From Leucoraja erinacea (lineage: Eukaryota), in NCBI RefSeq assembly GCF_028641065.1, contig NC_073385.1, positions 46,810,001 through 46,874,000 of the forward strand: 64,000 nucleotides of DNA, given 5' to 3'. A program made the translations under genes and the position numbers. This document shows, one piece after another, positions 23,714-33,985 of the stretch. The notes under the pieces were generated by a model that searched no databases, was not told where the DNA came from, and saw only the letters and a program-made list of their open reading frames with translations. Numbering within the stretch: position 1 is the stretch's first letter; every line of letters starts with the position of its first letter.

Positions 23714-24865
23714 GTAAGCAATATTGACAAACTCACTAACAGTTGCATACTATTTACGTAGTATTAATCATAGCTTCAAATATACTGAATGAGTTACATT
23801 GTACAATCATCCTTATTATAAATGACTTATGTCATTTTACAAACCATGGTGTTTCATAAACAGCGAGGAGACAAACTAACAATTACTCTTTATTTGATGG
23901 TGGTTGTTGAGGGAGCATTGACAGTCAATATGTCACAAAGACTCCCTGCACCAAATAGTTCTGCAAAATCTTTTAACTTCCACCTGACGGAATGTGCTTT
24001 CTGCATCAATTTCATATCTCATACAAAAAGCAGCAGCACACACAGTGTCACAATGAAATGTCAATTGAGAATATAGCTAATTTCTCTGACCCTTACATTT
24101 CCCCTGTACCATCTCCTCTGAGACTTGAATGGCGAATCGGCACAGCGTTCTAAATTTAGTATCAAAGATCTGTTCTTAGTCCTTACACTGCTCCATCTTC
24201 CACTGAAGAGAAGCATGTGGTAATGCCATGTGACAGGGCATCTAATAAAACTTCAATCAATCCTTGTTGCAACATTCCTGAAAGGAGAAGTGGAACGTAG
24301 CTGCAATAATGTCTTTGACGGCCCTCCAAATGAGTACAGCTCAGCCAAGGTAAAGCAAAATGATAAATGCAGGATTATTGCCATAAGTGGCTGACCCATA
24401 GCAGACAGATACACTAAATGAATCTTTTTGAAAGGCTTGTAAATCTCAAGGTAGTGTAAAGTTATGGAATGCCCAATATACTTGAAGCCACTTATCGCTT
24501 GCTAGTTCTTGTCCCACAACTTCTCTCTACCTGTCTTTCTCAACTGTCACCTCTCTACTACATCAGTCTGTAGAAGGGCCCTAATCTGAAACATCTGCCC
24601 ATTCCCTCTATGGATAATCCACTGAGTTCCTCCAGCAGTTGTTTTTACCTGAGTCCTACCCAGTTTCTCTGGTTAACATACTTCAACAGTTGAAGTTGGT
24701 TAAGTTTCTCTGCTTTACACCCTTTTGTTTGTAGAAACTGCTCCTTCTCTACTACGAAGTAATGAAGTACCATGGGCCATTTTGATATAATATTAATTCA
24801 TTTCTGTTTGTTGAAATTACAATAGACTATTTGCACAGAAGTTTATGACCTTTGCTTTCTTTCAG

Positions 24866-24993
24866 GTTATTAATAAGTATGGCGACCTTTATGGAGTTGA
24901 ACGTATTGGTGAGCTCCTGGGTGTGGACAAAAGTTCTTTAGATTTTAGTCCCATTGAAGAGGCCCCAGAGCGAGAAGCGACACTGGTGTCCTG
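24866..24993 (+). CDS. RYR3: RYR3 exon: VINKYGDLYGVERIGELLGVDKSSLDFSPIEEAPEREATLVS(W)
   Basis: tttcag acceptor, gtgagt donor; 128 nt. Confidence 0.95.
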
Positions 24994-25129
24994 GTGAGTG
25001 ATTTTTAAACCCCTATTGTTTAACTCCACCTCAAGGAGAAGGAATCAAAATGTAGCTGAAAATATTTTCATAAAGCTTGCAAATGTATGCATAATTTGAT
25101 TAAGACTGCAGAGCTTTCATCTCAGAAAT

Positions 25130-25300
25130 ACGGGAAACTGCAGATGCTGGAATCTTGAGCAAAAAACAAACTGGTGGAGGAACTCAGCAAGTCAGCTAGC
25201 AACTATGGAGGGAATGGACAGAAGAAATCTGAAGAAGGGTCCCAATCTGAAACGTCATCTGTGCATTTCCTCCACAGATGCTGCCTGACCTAATCAGTTC
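25130..25300. mobile_element. Inverted pair of Penelope-like terminal repeats with a hammerhead motif
   Basis: Minus copy followed by plus copy ctgaagaagggtcccaatctgaaacgtcatctgtgcatttcctccacagatgctgcctgacc. Confidence 0.65.
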
Positions 25301-25649
25301 AGAGAGCTTTCAGTTAGTTTTTTCAAACACATTCGTGCAAAATAAAAACATTATTCAGTCATTCTATTTTAAATGGATGTTGCACAAATTAACTGTCTTA
25401 TGTTATTGCATAGTCTGTAGATGCCTAAAACCAGAGGGCACAGCCTCAGAATAAAATAATATACCATTAGAATGGAGATGAGGAGGAATTTCTTTAGCCA
25501 GAGTGGTGAATCTGTGGAATTCATTGTCACAGACGTCTTAGGAGGCCAAGACATTGGGTATGAGAAGGAAAAATAGATCAACCATGATCAACTGGTGGAG
25601 TAGACACGATAAGCAGAATGGCTTAATTCTGCTCCTATATCTTACTTTA

Positions 25650-26094
25650 CTATATATACCGTTGGGTCCCCGCTGTGACGCCAGAGATCCTCGAGAAGTT
25701 CAGTTATTACAGAAGTGCTATATCAAAATGGTGATCTGAAAATGGCACTGGGCCCGGCAACCCTCCCCCAACTGCACAGGCGAGGCTGGCAGGCCCGACA
25801 AGTGAGAGTGCACTGCGCCGGCACGCCACTGCTAGGGTCCCAGTTGCCAGGCCAGTTAAGTACACACGCGGCTGATGGGCCAGGCAAGTGGGAGAGCACT
25901 GCGCAGGCGCGACGTTGCGTTGAAACTCGTTCCGTTCAGAATATAAAGCAAATTACTTTGTAAAATAGAATGAAACTTGATACTGCACACCGCAGGCGAA
26001 TGGTAAGGCACCCCTAAATTGTTGCGCTATCGTGTCCCGTTTTGACTGTATTTCGGGAACATACATACATACAAGACTTTTAGTTATATATATA
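25650..26094 (-). mobile_element. Non-autonomous Helitron-like element
   Basis: Minus-strand 5' end tatatatataactaaaagtcttgtatgtatg...; 3' end has a truncated hairpin gggacccaacgg. Confidence 0.6.
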
Positions 26095-26906
26095 CTAGAC
26101 CAAGTGGGACCCATTTGGCCCCGTCCCCAACGCAATAATCCACCACTCACCCGTTCACCCAACGCAACCCCTTTCCAACACTCATTCGTTCCCCCAATAC
26201 AATAATCCACCACTCACCCATAGCCCCCACGGAAGGGCTGGTCCCCCAACGCAACTCATTCTCTAACATAAGATCCCACCACTCACCCGTTCCCCCAACA
26301 CAACTCGTTTTCCCCCCAATGCAATATTGTACCACTCACCCATAGCCCCCAGATCATTTTAAACTTTAAAAAAAAAATGCAATTGCACTAAGATATAATG
26401 CGATGTAGGTGCTACCAACAAGGCCATCTTTTGTCATCCAAATCTAATCATTAAACTTTGCTGTGCTGAGTTAGGCTGGCAGATTCTTTCCCTGAAGGAC
26501 ATTTCTTATGAAGGACTCGGTGTTCTGGGATAGAAACATTGTAGCCGGTAGGGCATTGTGACATCATAGCTGCCTAACTGCCATTGCAGATTTGAAGAAA
26601 TCCAACTTTTAAATATCCCCAACTACACAGCAGAGATTACATTGTGATGTCATCTTTGGTTTTCGGAATCTTCACGGTAGCTTGTGTAAATGAGATCCCA
26701 TTGTGATTGGACGACTGTGAGATGGCATTATGACATCATCACTGGAAGCTGCTGGAGAAGTTTCCCTGTCAAAGGCAGTTATTCTTTTCAAAGTTGGCTT
26801 TTTTTAAACTTTAAATATCAATAACTTGTGAAATATCTTAAATTGGAAGGAAACATGATTAAATCGACAACGGGGAAAAATCTGAGTAAGGTTCTGTAAA
26901 ACCTTT
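26095..26906 (-). mobile_element. Non-autonomous Helitron-like element (5' end lost in the gap)
   Basis: Minus-strand 3' end ggggccaaatgggtcccacttggtCTAG; internal tandem ccactcaccc repeats similar to 31700-31860. Confidence 0.65.
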
Positions 26907-27173
26907 NNNNNNNNNNNNNNNNNNNNNNNNNNNNNNNNNNNNNNNNNNNNNNNNNNNNNNNNNNNNNNNNNNNNNNNNNNNNNNNNNNNNNNNNNNNNNN
27001 NNNNNNNNNNNNNNNNNNNNNNNNNNNNNNNNNNNNNNNNNNNNNNNNNNNNNNNNNNNNNNNNNNNNNNNNNNNNNNNNNNNNNNNNNNNNNNNNNNNN
27101 NNNNNNNNNNNNNNNNNNNNNNNNNNNNNNNNNNNNNNNNNNNNNNNNNNNNNNNNNNNNNNNNNNNNNNNNN
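26907..27173. other. Assembly gap (267 N)
   Basis: Run of N. Confidence 1.
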
Positions 27174-27433
27174 ATGGATGGGTTTTGTTGAAAAGAGTAA
27201 AATTGGACTTTGTGGGTTCTTGTTCAGTGAGTTTTGTAAGCAGAGCATTTGGATAGTGCATCTTGCATAAATAGGGCAAGCCACTGTGAGTAACCACGAA
27301 AAAAATGTTTACAACTTCTTATTCTGAGGCAAAACACTACGTTCTAAACACCCCAGCAGAGTAAACATCAATTCCATCAAACCCATGCAGCATTTTGTAC
27401 ATATCAATGTGATCACCTCTCATCCGATAAAAA

Positions 27434-27729
27434 GTGGCGTGGTGGCGCAGCAGTAGAGTTGCTGCCTTAAAGGGCCAGAGACCCAGGTTTAATCCTGACT
27501 TCAGGTGCTGTCTGTACAGAGTTTGTACGCTCTCGTTGTGACGCTGTGTTTTCCCCGTGTGATCCAGTTTCTTCCCTCACTTCAAAAATGTACAGGTTTG
27601 TAGATTAATTGGCTTCGGTAAAAATTGTCAATTATCCCTAGTCTGTAGGATAGTGTACGGGGATTGCTGTTTGGCATGGACTCAGAGGGCGAAGGGCCTG
27701 TTTCCACATTTATCTCTAAACTAAACTAA
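27434..27729 (+). mobile_element. tRNA-derived V-SINE/HE1-like SINE, near full length
   Basis: A-box-like ggtggcgcagcagtag, B-box-like ggtttaatcc, central ggtgctgtctgtacagagtttgtacg domain, (ctaaa)n tail. Confidence 0.85.
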
Positions 27730-27881
27730 TACTTGAAGTAACACACGTTATCTACATAATCTCCAATAAATAAACTTAATCTCAGGAATCAAACTGATTT
27801 AATTTTGGCTGTGCTCCATTTCTTCCATTTAAATCCTTCTTCACGCTGTGCATGATATTCCAGATTCAGTAACAGTTTATA

Positions 27882-28570
27882 TCTAACTATTTATTATATA
27901 AAACTCTGTGGCTGCCGCCTGCCGTCCGGCTGCCTTTCTGGCTTTTGATTTGTTCCATCGTGTGATCTCACAATGCCCAATGCTCGCATGTCCAATCGGA
28001 ATGGCCGATGCTCGCAGATGTCCAATCGGAATGGATCCATTTACATGTATGGCTGCCGGCTGCATTTCTTCCTTTGATTCCTTGCCACGCCGAATCCAGA
28101 CGCACAATCGCCGAGATCTTTTCCATTTCGGTAGAAATTTCACTTTTCTTTCTAAGTATCCGCTCCTCATTACATTTTGTTGTGTTTAGGTACACGTTTT
28201 AAATTAAATCCATCTCCCCACCCCCCAATATTTCAAAAATAAAATGGCTTCTCACCCATAGAAGCAGCCATTTCGGTAGATATTTCACTTTTCATTCCAA
28301 CTATCCACTCATTAGATTTCGTTATGTTTATGTCCACATTTTTCATTAAATCCTTCTTTCCCCCCCCCCCACTCACTCATTTTGTCGCCTCCTGCTGGCC
28401 AGCGACCATAACGGCTGCTGGCGCCCGCATCTCGCCTCAAACACGCCATTTAAAGCCAGCCGTACTGCTCATTCCTGAGCCGCTTGAGTTTGGAGGACCA
28501 CGTCTCCCGTGGGGGCTACGGGTAGGGAACAGCTGTGTTGATGGAGCAGACCCAAAGGGCCTTGGTCTAA
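27882..28570 (+). mobile_element. Helitron-like element, chain unit 1
   Basis: Starts TCtaactatttattatataaaactc; ends gcagacccaaagggccttggtctaa (decayed hairpin and CTAG). Confidence 0.65.
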
Positions 28571-29043
28571 TCTATCTATCTATTCTATATATATATATAT
28601 ATAAAACTCAAATCAGTCCGCCTGCCGTCCGGCTGCATTTCTTCCTTTGATTTATTGCCACGCCCAATCCAGACGCTCAATCTCCGAGATATTTTCCATT
28701 TCGGTAGAGATTTCGCTTTTCTTTCTAAGTATCCGCTCCTCATTTCATTTTGTTGTGTTGAAGTACATGTTTTTAATCAAATCCTTCTCCCCCCACCCAC
28801 CCCCAAGTATTTCAAAAATAAACAGGCTTCTCCATTTACATGTCAGCTTCCAACACACTTCGAAACAAAGTTGCAAGAGAGGAACACTGAACTTTTCACT
28901 GCTGCAGCAGGCAGGGGAGGGCTGCAATCTTACAATTGGGAACGGGCTCAGTTCCAATAGAGGAGACGGGTGCATGGTGGAATATTGGGTTGGGGGATCA
29001 CACCATTGGGGGAGCAGACCCAACGGGTCTGCACTTGGTCTAG
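28571..29043 (+). mobile_element. Helitron-like element, chain unit 2
   Basis: Starts TCtatctatc..(ta)n..aaaactc; ends in a perfect hairpin gcagaccc-aac-gggtctgc plus acttggtCTAG; first ~230 bp homologous to unit 1. Confidence 0.75.
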
Positions 29044-29994
29044 TATATTACTAAAAGTAAGATCTTGACCGCTTTTAACTCACTGCGATGTGATTTCCGA
29101 GAGAACGCCGCCACTTACGGCCGTAATTTTTGGCCAACTCGCTCAGAGCCCCCCTCCGCCGGACTGGACCAGAGGATTTTTCCCATCGATGAAAAATCAG
29201 AGAGCTATTAATGTTTTTAAAAATTTCACCATTCTCTCTGCTGCCCCTGCTGATGGGGGGGGGGAGAGACTATAAAACCCGGAAGTGGTGTGCCTCACTC
29301 AGTCTCTGCAAGATGGAGGAAGCGAGAGGGTCACGTCTCTCTGAGCTCTGAATAACACTGAACACATGTCCACTCAACTGTGAGTGCCCTTAATGTGGTT
29401 TGAAAATGAAAATATGGTTGGTTTGTAATAAAAAGGTTTGAAGTAAAAATGGTTGTTCGGGGGTTTTGGGTTGAAGTAAAAAGGCACTGCAAATGGTTGT
29501 TTGCTTGACAACTTCCTGTTTGCACTGTATTGATTTTAGATAAAATGCTACCACTTACGGCTGTGATTTTTGGCCATCTTACTCAGTCCCCCTCCGCTCG
29601 TCAGGTGCAGAGGATTCTTCCCATCAATGAAATATAAAAGTGGTATTAGTGTTTAAAAAATGTTGAGAATCTCTCCTGTCAATCACGCCATGAAGGCCAC
29701 ACCTTTTCCAGTGGGAGGGGGAGGGATTATAAAACCCGGAAGTGTGGGTGTGGCTCAGTCTCTGCATGATGGGGGAGGGAGAGGTCACGACTCTATCTGA
29801 GCTGTGTATCAACTGAACACGCTGAATGTCTACTGAACTGTGAGTGTGGTGTTTTGTGTGGTTTTATGGTGGTTTCACCCTGCTTGAAATGGTATGAAAC
29901 TGCATTTGAATGTAATATAACCATATAACAATTACAGCACGGAAACGGTAATGGCCTTGCACCCTGCATGAAATGGTATGAAACTGCATTTGAA

Positions 29995-30861
29995 GAGTCA
30001 AGAGTCAAGAGTCAATTTAATTGTCATTTGGACCCCTGGAGGTCCAAACGAAATGCCGTTTCTGCAGCCATACATTACATACAAATAAACCCGACACAAC
30101 ATAATTACATTTTACATAAACATCCATCACATAGCTGTGATGGAAGGCAAAAAAAACTTATCTCTCCACTGCACTCTCCCCCCCCCCCCCCCCGATGTCA
30201 GAGTCAAAGTCAAAGCCCCCGGCTGGCGATGGCGATTGTCCCGCGGCCATTGAAGCCACGCCGGGTGGTGCGAGGTCGCACACCGGGTCTTGGTGTTGGA
30301 GCCCCCGGTGTGTGCTCGCAAAGTCCCGCGGCCATTCCAGCCGCGCGGGGCAGTGGTGTCAGGCCCCGCTCCAGGAGCTCTTCAACCCCGCAACACGGGC
30401 GGGAGAATTCGCCGTTGCAGGAGCCCCGAAAAGCGGTCTCCCTCCAGGGATCCGCGGGCTCCCGGTGCCGCCGTCCGCAGACCCGCAGTAGCAGCCTCCG
30501 ACTCAGCAGCAGCAGCGGCATCGGCAGCAGCAGCAGCAGCAGCGGCAGCAGCAGCAGCAGCGCTCCTCCACCGCTCCACCCGCTCCGGTCTCGGCCAGCT
30601 CTGCGACGGCAACGGTGAGTCGGCACCAGAGTCCCCGGCTTCTTCCCGTTGGAGGCCGCTCCTCGTTGCGGCCCCAACGACAACGGAAACCCGACGAGAA
30701 AAGGTCGGGTCTCCAGTGCAGGGAGAGATTCAAAAAAGTTCCCCCCCCACACACACACCCCAACATAAAATAACAAAAACTACATAAAAACACAGACAAA
30801 AAATAATAAAACGCGGACAGGCTGCAGAGGCCGCTGCTGACCAGAGTCGCGCCGCCTTCCG
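29995..30861 (-). mobile_element. Non-autonomous retroposon with (TTGACTC)n tail, containing a CAG/CGG repeat
   Basis: Minus-strand 3' end aattaaattgactcttgactcttgactc preceded by hairpin ttggacc-tccagg-ggtccaa; GC-rich body; interrupts a repeat unit of the host element. Confidence 0.7.
30504..30561. repeat. Interrupted (CAG)n trinucleotide microsatellite
   Basis: cagcagcagcagcggcatcggcagcagcagcagcagcagcggcagcagcagcagcagc. Confidence 0.95.
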
Positions 30862-31279
30862 GAGTGTGGTGTTGTTGCACCCTGCATGAAATGGTATGAA
30901 ACTGCATTTTAATTTGGTGGCCTTGCACCCTCCTTGAAATGGTATGAAACTGCTGTTGAACTTTGTGGCCTTGCACCCTGCTTGAAATGGAATTTCAAGG
31001 AATAACCGTGAGTCAACTGCCAGCCATGAGTGAGCTGCCAGCACATCAGTCTTGAGTGACTGAGCTGCCACCCCAAGAATCCATTTGGCCCACAATGTCC
31101 ACACTAGCCCTCTGGAAACCAGTCCCTTCAGCCCACAACACCAATACTAGCGCTCCAGAAAGTGCGCCCCCTCCCCCCACTGGCCACCAATATTGGAATT
31201 GGTGGAGAGGTGGAATATTGCGTTGGTGGATCAGCCCTCCCATGTGAACATGAGATCCAAAGGGTCCCACTTAGTCTAG

Positions 31280-31899
31280 TATTACTAAAACTCTCATCTT
31301 GTTTGTTTCTCTGCGTGTGAATGTGATCCCTGAACTACGCCAAATGGTACACGATAGTGCTAAAATGTTTGCACCACCTTACTCACAATTGTGCTGTGGT
31401 GGTTTGTGTCAAGTTTCGTTCAGATTTATGTTATATTTTACAAGTTATTAATATTTTCAAATTTACAAAATCCCAACTTGAGAAAAATGTCTTCCCTGTA
31501 CTTACAGCTATGACATCACAATGGGACTGTAGCCCTGCTCGCAGCAATGTTGCCATCCCAGTACACTGAGTTCTGCTAGTTAGCAAGTGCAATTGCATTT
31601 TCTTTAAAGTCACAGCACACTGAGTTCTGCTAGCGAGTAAGTGCAATTGCATTTTTTAAAAGTTTAAAATGAGGGAGGGTGAATAAGGCGAAATGAGCCG
31701 CAGTGGGTCCTATGAGTGAGTGGTGCAATGTTGCATTAGGGGAACGGGTTGCGTTGGGGGATCAGGCTGTATTGGGGGAATCAGGCCCCACTTGGGGGCT
31801 ATGGGTGAGTGGTCGCATATTGCATTAGGGGAATTGGTTGTGATGGGGACCAGGCCTCCCGTGTGACAGGGACCCAATGGGTCCCACTTGGTCTACTAG
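31280..31899 (+). mobile_element. Helitron-like element, chain unit 4
   Basis: Starts tattactaaaactctc; ends hairpin gggaccc-aat-gggtccc plus acttggtctaCTAG. Confidence 0.72.
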
Positions 31900-32092
31900 T
31901 AGCCAATCTAGTAACAAATAAAACTGTGGACAAATTATCAGTGAGATGTCAGACCAGCTCTCTCAAATGCCAGCGACAGCTTTTGAAATACCACAGCAAA
32001 GAAGAAAATCCTTTGTCGTAAAGTATACTGAGATAGCAAAATCAAAAATAAAACTTTGAATGTTGTAACTTTATATTTTGGTTTATTTATAG

Positions 32093-32153
32093 GTTGAGTT
32101 CCATTGATTTAAAATACCATATTTGGAAACTTGGAGTTGTGTTCACTGATAAT
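32093..32153 (+). CDS. RYR3: RYR3 exon: (W)LSSIDLKYHIWKLGVVFTDN
   Basis: ttatag acceptor, gtaagt donor; 61 nt. Confidence 0.96.
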
Positions 32154-32379
32154 GTAAGTACAATTAAAAGCAATTACTAATTTCCCATTTCAACATAAGT
32201 GCATCATCTCTACTTGATGAAGTCCAGCTTGTTTTGAACAAATCCCATTATGATTTGCTTTCACATAAAATATGTTAATATGTTACTATACTGATTTACC
32301 CAATTATATTACAATTTACTATTTTACTGTACAGGTAACATCAGTTATGTATTATAAGAATCAAATCTTTGCATTCTAA

Positions 32380-32867
32380 AGGGACTGTCCCACTGCGACA
32401 ACCTAATCTGCGAGTTCTGGCGAGTTTTCCCACGACTCATACGCGCAGCATTGTCGACACGAGGTCCTAGGAGGTCTTTCCAACTCTCCTTTATGCTCGA
32501 GAGTAGTCCCCGTGTACTCAAGGCCTCAGCTGGGTCGCGGCGTATTTTTCAACATGTTGTGAGTAAAAAAAGGTCGCCATGGAAAAAATCGATACTTTTT
32601 TTACTCGTAGGTTTAGTCGTAGTAGGTTGGCATGTTATTCGTAGGTAATCGAGGGTAGTCGAAGGTAGTCGTAGATTGCCTTCAACATAGTCGAGGGGTG
32701 GTCGAAGGAGGTCGTCTCCACTATTCGGTGTCCAATGTTCCCGAAGCTAGTCTTCAACATAGTCGAAAGAGGTCTTCTACATGGTCGAAGGAGGTCTTCA
32801 ACATTACAATTTTTTTTTCAAACTCTCCTAAACTCGCCAATTAGGTCGCCACAGTGGGACAGCCCCT
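32380..32867. mobile_element. PIF/Harbinger-type MITE
   Basis: Terminal inverted repeats AGGGACTGTCCCACTG / CAGTGGGACAGCCCCT; perfect TAA target duplication at 32377 and 32868; internal gtagtcgaag repeats. Confidence 0.85.
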
Positions 32868-33519
32868 TAAGTTGGTCAGCTTTGTTTTTTAAAAAATCAG
32901 TTGAAAGGAAAGTGCTAAAGTTCCACATATATCCTTTTTACTGTATTGTGAACTGCAGCTTGATTTCTGAGAAAAAAATAATTCAAATAAAATTACACCT
33001 GGAAATCTAAATTAAGAGGTTCTGCTCAGCCAAACTGCAATTTCCCATCTCTACTCTTTTTCTTATCTGATACTTCCTTCCTATTCATTGCACTGCATTT
33101 TGCAAGTTACTCCATGTATTTTTATGTTATAAATGTCTCTTACTCATTTTGTAAGGGTTCAACATTCCTGTTATTATATCTAATAAATCCAATGAAAAGC
33201 ATCTGACTGAAAAGCACGGCCAATGCTGGTACTTTCTTTAAGCCACAAGAACCATTCACAGCACTGTAGTGACGGACAAAAAGCTTATGATTCTGGTATA
33301 ACGTCTAGTCTTCAATGCATTTGACAAAACAATACAACTATGGACCAGGAAACTGATAAATTAACAACAAACCAAGAGTTAAAAACAATATCACAATTGG
33401 ACTTTCATTAGATCAAAGTTCCAAGAAGTTTTCTTCAGAAAAGGCTGTTTTTTAAATTGTAATCTACTGTTTCCAAAATCTTTATAATGCAAATTATTTC
33501 ATATAATTTCTATTTACAG

Positions 33520-33666
33520 TCATTTTTGTATCTGGCTTGGTACACAACCATGTCTATTTTGGGTCATTACAACAACTTCTTCTTTGCTGCCCACTTGCTG
33601 GATATTGCTATGGGTTTTAAGACGTTGCGTACGATATTGTCATCTGTAACACACAATGGGAAGCAG
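33520..33666 (+). CDS. RYR3: RYR3 exon (S3, S4, S4-S5 linker): [49 protein letters not shown]
   Basis: ttacag acceptor, gtgaga donor; 147 nt. Confidence 0.97.
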
Positions 33667-33859
33667 GTGAGAACTATTAAACACAAGGTGTGGTTAATGT
33701 CTTATTATTTTCAATCTTGAAAGATCTAAAAGATTATTGTGAAGGCATGTAAAATATGTAACAGCTTGAAAATGGTAGATCTGAATAAGTTTTTAAAATT
33801 ACTTTTTGGAAATAGCTTTGGATAAAAACATTCAGTCAAACATGATGTATATTTAGTGT

Positions 33860-33985
33860 GGGAAAGAACTGCAGATGCTGGTTTAAATCGAAGATAGACA
33901 CACAATGCTGGAATAACTCAGTGGGACAGGCAGCATCTCTGGAGAGAAAGAGTGGGTGACGTTTCAGGTCGAGACCCTTCTTAAG
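33860..33985 (-). mobile_element. Penelope-like terminal repeat with degenerate hammerhead motif
   Basis: Reverse complement reads cttaagaagggtctcgacctgaaacgtcaccc...gatgctgcctgtcccactgagttattccagca. Confidence 0.65.

Larger units (their letters stand above)
29044..31279 (+). mobile_element. Helitron-like element, chain unit 3 (internal duplication, two nested retro-insertions)
   Basis: Starts tatattactaaaagtaag; ends gagatccaaagggtcccacttagtCTAG; internal repeat 29110-29390 vs 29550-29850 and repeated ccttgcaccctgcttgaaatggtatgaaactgc units. Confidence 0.7.

Noticed and set aside
26130-26350. Regularly spaced ccactcaccc repeats resembling a CRISPR array
   Set aside because: Eukaryotic context, spacers similar to each other, no cas genes; an internal minisatellite of a Helitron-like element.
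26818-27297. ORFs spanning X runs
   Set aside because: Artefacts of the N gap.
27434-27510. tRNA gene
   Set aside because: tRNA-like head of a SINE with degenerate boxes, continuing into SINE body and tail.
29968-30976. Overlapping poly-Ser/Ala/Leu/Cys ORFs
   Set aside because: Produced by the CAG repeat and GC-rich retroposon body; no domain or splice support.
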